Below, piece after piece: positions 1 to 11,998 of a stretch of 64,000 bases of DNA. Source of the DNA: Octopus sinensis (taxonomy: Eukaryota); NCBI RefSeq assembly GCF_006345805.1, contig NC_043001.1:56420001-56484000 (forward strand), in the 5' to 3' direction. The translations under genes and the position numbers were made by a program. Position 1 is the stretch's first letter, and every line of letters starts with the position of its first letter. Below the pieces are notes generated by a model. The model had not been told where the DNA came from and made no database searches. It saw nothing but the letters and a program-made list of their open reading frames with translations.

Positions 1-137
1 GTCAGACAACTGACATGCAAATCTGTGGTATTGAGCAGAATATCTACTGTAGTCCATGTTTTATACCAAGACAAAACATGTAGATGTTAACACTTTCAAT
101 GAGTTAAGATCAGAAGTTATGAGAGCCACTGCCTGGT

Positions 138-232
138 ATGTATGGATATATGTATGTATGCATGTATGTACGTATGTATGTATGTATGTATGTATGTATG
201 TATGTATGTATGTATGTATGTATGTATGTATG
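138..232. repeat. (TATG)n microsatellite
   Basis: Direct reading of tandem TATG units; explains the MYVC-repeat ORFs in the track. Confidence 0.95.
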
Positions 233-514
233 TGCATCGTAAAATGAAAATAACACGAAAGAAATCATATTTTATGTATTTGTGTGTTGTGTGTGGTGTG
301 TGTGTGTGTGGTGTGTGTGTGTATTATAAAATTTCAGAATCCGATAGAATCAAGATATTTATGTTTTATTTATGCGAAAAATCCGAAACATTAAATTTTA
401 CTCTAAATTCACCTGAAGGAAACTTTTCTTATACATGATAAGAAACACGTCTGAAACAACTGTAGTGAGCATCAATCCATCTGCGTTATTGTATATACAT
501 ACAATATATATACA

Positions 515-725
515 TAAGGTTAATCCAAACATGAAAACACAAAGAGAAAACATAACGCTAGGACGTGGAACAAGTATAGTATTATTGGGCGCTCGGGAAA
601 GAAGGAAAGAAGGAGGGTTTAACGTTTCGAGCGGAGCTCTTCGTCAGAAACATAGGAAATGGAAAAATCCAAAGAAGGGAAGACGGAGGAAAAAGAATCG
701 CCAACGGTACACACGCGGTCACATT
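515..725 (-). mobile_element. Penelope-like pseudo-LTR remnant
   Basis: Minus strand is pyrimidine-rich, carries a minimal hammerhead followed by a T-rich tail, and abuts TA-rich microsatellite. This is the usual PLE pLTR layout. Ends approximate. Confidence 0.6.
617..651 (-). ncRNA. minimal type I hammerhead ribozyme (PLE-type)
   Basis: Minus strand reads GTTT-CTGACGA-A-GAGC-tcc-GCTC-GAAA-C-GTT-AAAC: stem I GTTT/AAAC, core CUGANGA and GAAA, stem II GAGC/GCTC, palindromic AACGTT stem III (dimer type). Confidence 0.75.
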
Positions 726-1058
726 TTGAATATACATACATACATTATATATATATATATATAATATATATATATATATAGTATATATATATATATATAT
801 ATATAATAAATATATATACAACACCAAGCTTTTGCGTCGTCTTAGCTCTCATTTCTAGCAATAGTGGTGCTAGTCAGTACCATCTGTCACTTTCGTGACC
901 TCTATTAATTTGCCTTTCTGTTCAAATTGCTAATAAGCCAGGTATTTACTTTGTTTACACGTTTAGCTTTTTGAAAATCAGCGGTTTTTCTTATAAGACT
1001 GACAGAGGTAGTTGAGTTTAACCCTAGGCGTTAAAATACGAAATCATCGACCCGACTA

Positions 1059-1371
1059 TTCCGCCGAGGTCGACTTTGCCTTTCATCCTTTCGGGGTCGA
1101 TTAGATAAGTACCAGTTACGCACTGGGGTCGATATAATCGACTTAATCCCTTTGTCTGTCCTTGTTTGTCCTTTCTGTGTTTAGCCCCTTGTAGGTAGTA
1201 AAGAAATAGGTATTTCGTCTGCCGTTACGTTGTGAGTTCAAATTCCGCCGAGGTCGACTTTGCCTTTCATCCTTTCGGGGTCGATTAAATAAGTCGATAT
1301 AATCGACTCAATCCCTTTGTCTGTCCTTGTTTGTCCTCTCTATGTTTAGCCCCTTGTGGGCAAAAAGAAAT
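1059..1371 (+). mobile_element. two tandem 5'-truncated copies of tRNA-derived SINE family B
   Basis: Core attccgccgaggtcgactttgcctttcatcctttcggggtcgat occurs twice (about 1059-1207 and 1208-1371), each ending tttagccccttgt(a/g)gg..aaagaaata. The same core is seen on the minus strand at 29985-30640. Confidence 0.8.
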
Positions 1372-1470
1372 AATATAGTGCTTTGTGACTTTTGAGTTGT
1401 TTTAACTCTTATTTCTAGCCATAGTGGTGCTAGTCAGTACCCTCTGCCACTTTTGCGACCTATACATACA

Positions 1471-1528
<58 letters not shown>

Positions 1529-2029
1529 AATATATGAGTGTGTGTATATATATATAACACACACACACACACACACACGCACATTGTAATATATAGTCAA
1601 ATTTGAGTTTCGCTCATATCTGTCCACTCTATTCATTGTCCTGAGTTCAATGTCAAATAGTGTATATATTTTTATATTCTTTACGATATGTGTGTGAGTG
1701 TGTGTGGTTGTGTGTATGTACATGTATATATATGCATAAGTACGTGTGTATGTATGTCTGTGTATATATATATTTATGGAGCGCATTGCTATGGGATCGT
1801 GTCTGTGTGTCTTTTGTGCGTGTATTATCATGTGCGCTTTTGTGCATTGGTGTTGTTTGTATTTTTGAGCACACATCGATATGTGTGTGTGTGTGCGTGT
1901 GTGTGTATACATATATATTATTATATATATATGTGAGAAACAATCTTATTCAATACTTTAATATTCTAATTCCTCTATCACTATTCCCTTTCACTGTTTC
2001 TGTCTGTCTGTCCGTCTGTCTGTCTGTCC

Positions 2030-2073
<44 letters not shown>

Positions 2074-2479
2074 TCTTTTCGTTTGTTTCTGTTACCTCCA
2101 CTTTCTCTGTCACACATGATTCTCATTCTATTTTTATAATAACACACACCTCTAACAATCTCGTTTTACCTTTCTGTCAGTCTCCATTTCCTTGTCAATC
2201 GGCGTCCCACTTTCCCCCTTTGCACGACCCTCTCTTCCTGTATATCTGTCTCTACTTCCTAGTACCTCTCCTCCAACTTCACCTCTTACAACACTTTCAA
2301 TATAAGCCTCTTTCTCCTTCTATTACACGATCTCATTTCACTCCTCCTCCTCCTCCCTCCTCCTCCTCAATTTTTCAGCTTGTTTCTCCCCCACTTCTCT
2401 ATATAGTTCTGCATCTCCAAACCTACTTTTACATACAAACTTCCGCGCGCTCATGCTCTATCGAACTCACCAACAACAC

Positions 2480-2560
<81 letters not shown>

Positions 2561-4203
2561 TTCCTTTCTTTCTTTCTCTGTCTTTTTGCCTTTCTCTCTC
2601 ACATGCAAAGTCACCCCATATATCCGTCCTCTAGCCCCACCCACCCACCCACCTTCACGCTCGCACACACACACACACATTGCCCGAATCACACATTCTC
2701 TCACTATCTCATTTCTCTATAGCATTCTGCTGCTCTTTCTCACCCATCTCCTTACTTATCCTTTTCTCTTTCTCACTAGTCCCATCTTGCTTTCTCCCTC
2801 TCTTTCACTCCCTATCTTCTAACACACACACACACACACACACATGCATACTACACCACACGGTATCTCACCCTCAGCTTCACATCCGCTTTGCTTCGCT
2901 CCGTTCCCGACCGACAACTCGACAACCCATCAACCCATCCGACCCGACCCGACCCGGCTCTCACTCACTCACTCACTCACTCTCTTTCACATGTCTTTTT
3001 GTTGTTTTTTCTTTCCCCTCCACCGAGGAGTCTATTCTAAGTTCTTTGTAGAAAAGTTGCCACGGTTACCATAGGTAATTAACTTTACAGTGTCCGTTTA
3101 ATCATTGTTGTTATATCCTCCAAGACAGGAACGATCAACGCTATTTGTTGTCATGGTCGTTATGAAGGTAACACCATTGAAATGCTGCTGCAAACAATCT
3201 TCTGGTATTCCACATTCAATGGAAAGCCTGTTCTCCATTGTGCCCGACAACAAAAGAATTACATTGTTCTGGTGTAAAATGCAAACCAAGCATCGCTACA
3301 GCTACAACAGCAAAATATCTCTCACCCCACCTTTTTTTTTTACGTTATTATTATTGGGCGTTATGATAATGTTTGTTGTTTGTATGTGCTTTTGCGAGTG
3401 TGTATGTATGTTTGCATTTGTATTTATGGGTGGATGTATGAGTCTCCTACTCTCTCAGCGTACACACACAAGTATACATATGTACATACATACATATATA
3501 TATATATATACATACATATATATATACATATGTGAGTGTGTACATGTATATATATATATGTGTGTGTGTGTGTGTGGATGTGTACGCAGCATACATTCAT
3601 ACTCGCGTCTGTATATATGTGTGCATTCATAGATATATTCATAAATATATACATTCAATAGATATAGACAAGCATATACGTGCATTCACATATACACACG
3701 CAAACACACATATGTATATAAATATGCACATAAAAACGTACACACACAGACGCACACACATACATGCATATATATTCAGCGATATATTTTCTTTATAAAT
3801 ATTCATGTAATCTTTTTTTATGTATGCATATAAATGTACAAATAAAATATACGCACGCAAACACATATACGTATGCATATTTAAGGAGTGTATGCTCTCA
3901 CAAGCATATGAGTTTGAGTGAATATATATATATATACACACACACAAACACACGTAGGATCATATCAATGCACACGCACACACGCATACATACACATACA
4001 CACACACACGCGCGCGTATTTCACTGCAGATAACGGTACAAAATTCTGACAAGGTTTTGATGAAACAGAGATTACCCACTAAACATTAATATATATATAT
4101 ATACCTTGAAGTAGGGAGTAGAGGGCAAAGACAAAACTATATCAAAGGATCCATTTCTCTCTCTCTCTCCTGCGTTCTCTCTCTCTCTCTTCTGCGTCCT
4201 CTC

Positions 4204-4246
<43 letters not shown>

Positions 4247-5279
4247 CCTTGCAGTAGGCAATCACACCAACGCCCACCTCCCCTCGTTACGATTCATCTC
4301 TCTCTCTTTATCCTTCACTTATTTTCAGATTTGTTTTTAGCAATGGATTTTATTTTGTTCACTTAGATCACATAGAAAGACAAAGTTTGGTATGTTTCCC
4401 AATTCCATAAAACCACGTGGCAACAGGCAAGTAGTTTTATCAACAGTTACTGCTTGGTGTTTAGAGTATCTTGTTTTTAGGGTCTCAAATTGTTTTCTTT
4501 TACATTTGTTTCTTTTCTTAGAAAGATCCCATTTCTTCGTTTCGTTAGAGTTATTCTTTCTCTTTGTTCAGGCTTATATTATGCATTTTACATAAATTTT
4601 TTACAATCATCCACGTAACCTCCGTTCATAACCTTATCCACTGATCTCTTTCTGCTGTTATTTTCTACTTTTTCCTTTTTTTATGTAACAGCTATATCTC
4701 CCAGCATTTCGTTTTATAAACAAACTTTAAAGTTTCGAAGTTTTCTTGCCTCATACTTACATGGGTGCACGTGGTTAAAGTAATTTTACTTCGTGTACAT
4801 GCGAGTGTGGGTAGGATCGTATAGCTCGGCACATTCGCATGGTTGAGAAAGGGGTAGAGAAATGCTACTTTATAGATGTAACCATTCATAGTAACGTCAT
4901 TATAGCTAGCAAGGAATACACACACACACACACACAAAAAAAACTGATAATTATTTGGAGATTCGATTGGAAATTTCAAGAATGTAGAACACACAGCCCA
5001 AGGTTGTAAGAACAGAGATTATGCCCTTGGCTCTAGTCATACAAGAATATTGGTCACCTTGACTTCAATATAGATCAAGGAGCTAGATAAAACACCTAGT
5101 ATTGTAACTTTATTGAAATCAGAACTTCTTGGAACTGCCAGTCTCTTTGGAAAGGAATTTTTTCTCTGAGGCAATATTACACAACGTGAATATCTCGTAT
5201 ATACATAGTTAATATCTTAAACCATGCAGACGATGACAAATATGTTGATGATGATGATGGCGACGATGATGGTGATGGC

Positions 5280-5315
<36 letters not shown>

Positions 5316-6154
5316 CGTTTCTAATTTAGGTACAAAACCAGCGATTTCTGATGAGTGGAGGTTAGTCGATTGTATCGTTCCCATTTCTTCATTTCATCGA
5401 TACTCTAAAGATCCTGCCAATCAATCGCTCTATATTGTTATAAAGTCGTTCGAAGACTGGAGATTATTTTTTGCAATAGGTTACACGAAGAAAAAAAAAA
5501 GAATAAACAAACCGCATTAGGGTTTAGATCCAATCACATTTAAAATATGCTGAGTAAATAACTACACATTGCTAGTGCAAGCAAAGTGTCGTTCTCATGG
5601 TCTTTGTACGTGAATGGAACACTGTTTGGTCCTGAACATTCATTTCCAACAACAATGCAAATGTTTCGGCTATTTTTCCCTTAATATTATGATTTTTTGC
5701 TAGTGTTTGTCTTTCTGCATGGTTTATTGTGCCTTGAACATCTAGGTATTTCAGAAAGAATTTTTGTTTTGTCAGAGTGAACAATATTTTCCGAGAGGTT
5801 TCATAATTTTAAAGCCTGTTTTTATATAGTCTTGAAAAGTATTCATATGAGAATAAAATCTTAGCTTTCTTATCTTTTTAAATAGCTCGGTCTCAAAATT
5901 CTTCAATAATTTGTTACGCGTGGAACGATTTATTGTCCTGCAGCCATATCTTTGGTTACCAAGAGAAATCAGTTGAATTGTTATCGAAGAAATGTTTCCA
6001 AGGGCATTCTTTTTATTGGGTTTTCCATTTTCTATTAAACGCTTTAAATAGGAATTTTCTCTTGTGGATATGGGATTGGGTGTTGATACATATTTTGTTA
6101 TAAGTTTTTGTTTTGCATATAATGCTCGACAAAAACAGATACACGTATATACGT

Positions 6155-6191
<37 letters not shown>

Positions 6192-6288
6192 TGTAATATG
6201 TATATATATATAGATATATAGATATATACATCGATCTAAATGCATGTACATGTGAGTGTGTGAGTATATATATATATGTGGTGTATAT

Positions 6289-6646
6289 GTGGCTGTGTGG
6301 TAAGAAACTTGCTTCTCAACCACATGGTTCCGAATTCAATCCCACTGCGTTACACCTTGGGCAAGTGTCTTCTACTAAAGCCTAGGGCCAACCAAAATGT
6401 GTGTGTGAGTGTGTGTGTGTGTGTGTGTGTGTTCTTGTTTCCTGTGTCTGTCCCCTTCCACCGTTTGACATCTGCTGTTGATGTGTTTACGTCACTGTAA
6501 CATAGCTGTTCGGCAAAAAATCGCTAGAATAAGTACCAGACTTTAACAAAAAAATCAAGTACTGTGGTCGATTCATTCGACTAATAATTCTTCAAGTCGG
6601 TACCTCAGAGTGGTTGCAGCCCAATGACTGAGACAAGTAAAACATA
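6289..6646 (+). mobile_element. tRNA-derived SINE family A (diverged full copy)
   Basis: Head ggctgtgtggtaag...caatcccactgcg...ttgggcaagtgtcttctact, internal (TG)n, tail ...aatgactgagacaagtaaaa; collinear with 58893-59308. Confidence 0.8.
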
Positions 6647-6690
6647 AAACATGAAAAGTGTGTGTGTGTGTGCTTGGATGGGTGTTAGAT

Positions 6691-6728
<38 letters not shown>

Positions 6729-8234
6729 AAGCATAAATAGAAAATAGTTAATTCATACAAGGGCCAAGGTTTGTGTGATAGTCGGTTTATATATTTTAGA
6801 TTCTCTTCCGTAAAAATTCTACCACATAGATTTTGGTTGTTACAGATGGTAGCCCCATGACTGCCCATTACCTTGTTAGAATAGAATAAAACTCGTGATT
6901 GATACAAACAATTCATGATTAGAGTAAGAATTCTAACAAATTCGACTGATTTGTTTATTATATATTAAACTATACATAAATACATTACTCCCATAGAAAT
7001 CTAAAAAATGTATTTATATGTTAATAAATTTCTTAGTTGCTCTTCCATAGTCTAGCCTTCATGAGTTTACACCGTATTGTTCTAAAACGAACTGAACCCA
7101 TTAGATAGTGTTTTCAATGGCGCGTCTAAATGATGAGAAGGTCAGATCTAAAATACCTATGACCAAAATCCGTCGAAGGAAACCTATCAGCAACAATAAA
7201 AACGACAACAGTAACAGCAGCTGCAACGGCAGTACCAGACCACTGCTCCAGCATAGTAATGCATATTTTGGACATGGTCATTCTTACAATCTGGGAGTGC
7301 ATCTTTAAACTCGACAGCTTATTGTTGTCGTAAAAACCTTCCTTTTTAAAGAATAATTCTGAAAAAAGTTTTTAGTTGGTCACAAATGCCACAAAATGTT
7401 TAATAGGGCCCTAAAACTTAGCTATAGCTGTAATACAATCATCAAAGACTTTATTTCGGCATCAATGGAAAAATTACAAAAGCAAACTACCATATCGTTT
7501 ACCAATTCTAATGCTAACATTAACTCATGCCAATTTGATGGCAAATTCCTCGGTACGGAGTTGGTATAACGTAATAAACTGAAGTTAGCAGATCAAAAGT
7601 TAACGAACTTAATTAGGTTTAACCGAATTTACATATAATACAACACACATCATTTTAAGTATCTGATGAAAAGCCTCAGTAACTCTCTTTCACAGCACGA
7701 CCGCATATTGAAAGATGAAAGCTTTACAAACTTTACGTTATTGTGATCAATGGTAAGATTTACTAAACCATACAATGAAGGATCTTCCTTGTGCTGCTTG
7801 TAGAGCTGTGAAAAGTTCTTGACAGGACGTCTCTTATAAATTTGTTGAATTGTATTTTTTGAATTGTACTCACAAAATCCAGTTTATTCTTCGAACATTT
7901 ATCCTATCTACTGCCTGAATAATATACAGCGAGTTTTGAATTTTATTGAAATACTTTGAACTTTTTTTCGAAGTTGTTTGAGATTCTATAAATATCCTAT
8001 TGTACACTAAACTCAGTGGAAGTTGAATTTTGGTGTTTGAATTTGCTAAAGGGCACTAGTTGATGTTCGTGCTGTGGTTGCCATATATATACACCAAGGA
8101 TTTGAATATATTAACCATTAAAATTTTTTTTATATGATTTCTATATATTTCATGTAAATTTATTGAGTTACTTTGATAATCATAAACCTTGTTCAATTTC
8201 ACATTTACGTACAATTTCACCTCGACATACGGCT

Positions 8235-8519
8235 GTGTAGGCGCAGGCCTTGTTATGTTTTAACGAATTTGCTTCCAAACCACATGGTTCCGTGTTCAGT
8301 CGCTCTGCGTGGCACCTTGGGCAAGTGTCTTCTACTATAGCCTTGAGCCGACCAAAGCCTTCTGAGTGGATTTGGTAGACGGAAAATGAAAATCCCGTCG
8401 TATATGTATATATATATGTACGTTTAAATATTTGTTGTGCAAGATTTTTTATGTGAAATCGTGTGTTGAAACAGATATTGTTGTATTTAGGAATGGTCAT
8501 TTTGCCAGTTTAGCCAATA
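8235..8519 (+). mobile_element. SINE family A head with variant body
   Basis: ttgcttccaaaccacatggttccgtgttcagtc...ttgggcaagtgtcttctactatagcc...gagtggatttggtagacggaaa matches the family A head. Confidence 0.7.
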
Positions 8520-8583
8520 TAGTGCGTGTGTTTTTATTGGATAAACTGGCAAAATGACTATTCCTAAATACAACAATATATAT

Positions 8584-9345
8584 ATGGTCATCCCATAAAT
8601 AATGCGGTTTTTTATACTTCTTTTAATTTTTCTAAATTAAGATAAACAAATTCTTTTTTAATCTAAAATACACTTTCCTTCATTTTCTGCAATGCTCTTC
8701 CATCTATCTGGTTGACTTGCAAGACCCCTCTTCCAAAATCCACTTCTCCGTGACGGAAAATACTTCTCCAGTACTGTTCTGACCTCATCTACAGAATTCA
8801 TATTTTTACCTTCCAAATGATTTTGAATTTTGCGGAATAAATGATAATCAGATGGGGCAATGTCAAGCGAATATGGTGGGTGGGGCATCGTTTCCCATTC
8901 AAATTACTCCAGCCTTTGGAATGTCATCTTCGCTATATGTGCCCGAGCATTATCCTGATGGAAGAACATCTTTCGTCTTGAAACCAAAGGTGGTCGTTTT
9001 TCTTCTAGCGCTGACTTGAATGACTGGTTGAATGACCAAATACAAGCTTTTCTGTTAGCTCCTCAACAGTTACGATGAGTATTTGTTCCACCTGGGTTTG
9101 CAGGACGTCCTCGTCGAGCTCTACACATCTTCCAGGACGAGGCTCGTCTTCTAGGCTGTAGTTTCCGACTCGGAATTTCTGGAACCACCGTTGACACTGG
9201 CTTATGCTTTTGTCTGATCCCCATATACTGCATTTTCCGCACTTTCCGTTGCGTTGTTGCCTTTATTGAACTCATAAAGCAAAGCATGCCGAATATGCAC
9301 CTTTGTCACTTTCATTTTAGCTTTGAACAAATAACTGTGAAAATC
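8584..9345 (-). mobile_element. internally deleted mariner transposon relic (family 2)
   Basis: Minus-strand translation gives N-terminal HIRHALLYEFNKG...CQRWFQKFRVGNYSLEDEPRPGR, then jumps to FHQDNARAH...MPHPPYSLDIAPSDYHLF (second and third catalytic Asp motifs). The DETW region is missing. Confidence 0.8.
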
Positions 9346-9623
9346 GAACTGCACTCTTCAAAACTTGCACTAGGAATAAGTAGGAGAAATTACTACCTGC
9401 TTCTAAAGAATGTTGATGCTGGTAGTTTCTCCCGTGTCAAATAACTGAAATAAGTAAAAGAATAAAACAATATATATATATGTATGTGTGTGTGTGTAAG
9501 CACATACACGTACATACATTTGTACATGCATCGGGGCTTCAGCTGTTATATTGGACGTACTAGCAGAACACTCATAAGTTGGCTCACCAAGCACTTAGGA
9601 GCTAACGCAAAACATACAACGTA

Positions 9624-9672
<49 letters not shown>

Positions 9673-10157
9673 CACACATACACATACACGTACACACGCA
9701 CACACACAAAGCTGTAAAAATTCTAGAGGATAATGCTTCATAAAATTCCGCACCAAAAGAGAAGATTATCACGGAAGCCATATTCATACCGCAATATAAT
9801 ATCAAAGTAAATATGCAAACAACAAATAGAAAAAGAACATCAACACGCATCTGCTGGCATGGTAATTTATCTATCAAAAATATGATTGCAACAGGTAAAT
9901 TAATACTTGACTGCTGATGTATGAAGTTAAAACAGTGAAAAAAAATCGTTGGCAGGAAAGTTTACATGAATTCAACGAATACATAAAAAACAATACAGAC
10001 ATCTAGTATATTCCAATCTTGAAAATATTACACTGAAGACCTGCAAATGTTGAATAGGAATTTGTAAACTTTATTGTTCTAATTTAGGTGTAAAAATTCT
10101 AAGAAAAATATGAAAAATCTAAAAAGAAGATGATAATATTTGAACACAGCTGTCCTC

Positions 10158-10221
<64 letters not shown>

Positions 10222-10224
<3 letters not shown>

Positions 10225-10410
10225 TCTTTTACTTGTTTCAGTCATTTGACTGCGGCCATGCTGGAGCACCGCCTTTAGTCGAGCAAATCGACCCCGGGAC
10301 GTATTCTTTGTAAGCCCAGTACTTATTCCATTGGTCTCTTTTGTCTAACCGCTAAGTGACGGGGACGTAAACACACCAGCATCGGTTGTCAAGCAATGCT
10401 AGGGGGACAA

Positions 10411-10415
<5 letters not shown>
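10222..10415 (-). mobile_element. SINE family A 3' half
   Basis: acttgtttcagtcatttgactgcggccatgctggagcaccgcc is the reverse complement of the family A tail. Confidence 0.85.
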
Positions 10416-10458
<43 letters not shown>

Positions 10459-10460
<2 letters not shown>

Positions 10461-11708
10461 ACTTGCCTGATCCACTTGCCTGATCCACTTGAAATTTTGC
10501 ATGTTTAATTATTCATATCTCTATAGATGAAGTGGCAAATTACAGCTCTGAACTATTTGTGGTTTTTGATTTACAGGTGTTTGAACTGAGTCAAGTGTGA
10601 AATGGAGCCTGTTGAGTGTCGAGCAGTGATCCGGTTTTTGTATTTGAAAGGACGCACACCACGGGTGACTTTTGATGAAATGAAAGTAACTTATGGTAAT
10701 GATGTCCCATCATATGACCTTGTAAAACGCTGGCATCGTGAATTCAAAAATGGTCGGAACTCTGTGGAAACAGCTCCCAGATCTGATCGCCCCCCCCTTC
10801 TGTCATTGATGAGGCATCTGTCCGTCAAATTGAGGCTGCCATTTTGGAAGATCGACGCATAACTATTCGTCAAATAGCCCATGAGGTCAAGATTAGCACC
10901 GGTTCTGTGGAAACTATCATTCATGACCATTTGCATATGGAAAAAGGTGTCTGCCAGATGGATTCCCAGGTTGCTCACACCTTTCCAGAAGCAAGAACGC
11001 GTCGAGTGCTCTAGGATGAATTTGGAGATGTGCCAAGAAGATGAGTCAAAATTTTTTAAAAGACTGATTACACAGGATGAAACCTGGGTCTATCACTATG
11101 ATCCAGAGATGAAACCCCAGTCAATGCAGTGGAAGCACCGTGACTCACCTCCTCCAAAGAAGGCAAGGGTGCAGCCCTCCGCTGACAAGGTCATGCTCAC
11201 AGTCTTCTGGGACCAGGACGGAGTAGTGATGACAGATTTCCTGGCAAAGGGTACCACAATTACAGGAGCCTATTATGCTTCACTTTTAAGGAAATTACGA
11301 TAAGTTATTAAAATCAAGAGGCGGGGCAAGTTCAGCAAAGGCATCCTCCTCCTGCAGGAAGTCCACAACTCGCCTGTCGCCAGATCAGAATTACAGGCGT
11401 GTGGCTATGAACTCATCCCCCATCCCCCTATTCTCCTGACCTTGCACCCTCCGATTTTCACCTCTTCCCAGCCATGTAGTTGTTTTTGAAAGGAAAGCAT
11501 TTCCTAGATGATGCAGCCATGATTTCTGAAGTCACGTCGTGGTTGAAGGGCCAAGCTGGGGTCTTCTACAAAAACGGTCTCCAGAGCTGCATCAAACAAA
11601 GGGTGAAATGCGTAACTCTATGTAGGAAAAGGCTAATAACCGTGCCAAGTTTCGTTGCTCTACTGCTATGGGAGTGGGTCAGGGGTATTCCTTATTGAAC
11701 GCCCCTCG
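10459..11708 (+). mobile_element. mariner (DD34D-family) transposon, left TIR lost (family 1)
   Basis: Right TIR ...ttattgaacgcccctcg followed by TA at 11709-11710; body collinear with the complete copy at 45706-46996. Confidence 0.92.
10602..11636 (+). pseudogene. mariner transposase, frameshifted
   Basis: MEPVECRAVIRFLYLKG..., KVSARWIPRLL, LITQDETWVYHYDPE and YSPDLAPSDFHLF motifs are spread over different frames. A short deletion removes the QDN motif, and there is an in-frame stop near 11301. Confidence 0.9.
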
Positions 11709-11781
11709 TACCACGTTCTACGTTGTTGTTTTTGTCTTGTCTTTTTTGTCCGTTATTTATTAACTAGGTGTATATATATAT

Positions 11782-11853
<72 letters not shown>

Positions 11854-11905
11854 TATTGGTGAATTGAAGAAATGGAGCTGAACGCAGATTGAACAGAAAT
11901 CGTTT

Positions 11906-11998
11906 TATTTCATTCTACACGTGTTTCGAAAGGCACAATTTACCAAAATCCGATTGAATAATGGGACCATATTGTGTCTTTCTCTTCAGGAAGAAATG
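11906..11998 (-). ncRNA. type I hammerhead ribozyme, left arm
   Basis: Reverse complement of the 13178-13270 motif, with one substitution in distal stem I. Confidence 0.75.

Noticed and set aside
3015-3062. Hammerhead-like ccgaggagtc...gtagaaaagtt at the end of a C/T-rich region (2130-3075) resembling a PLE tail
   Set aside because: The core and all stems are too degenerate to support a call.
3091-3167. Possible plus-strand exon (ttacag| ... GAAG|gtaaca)
   Set aside because: Short, weak polypyrimidine tract, and no recognisable peptide; compatible with chance.
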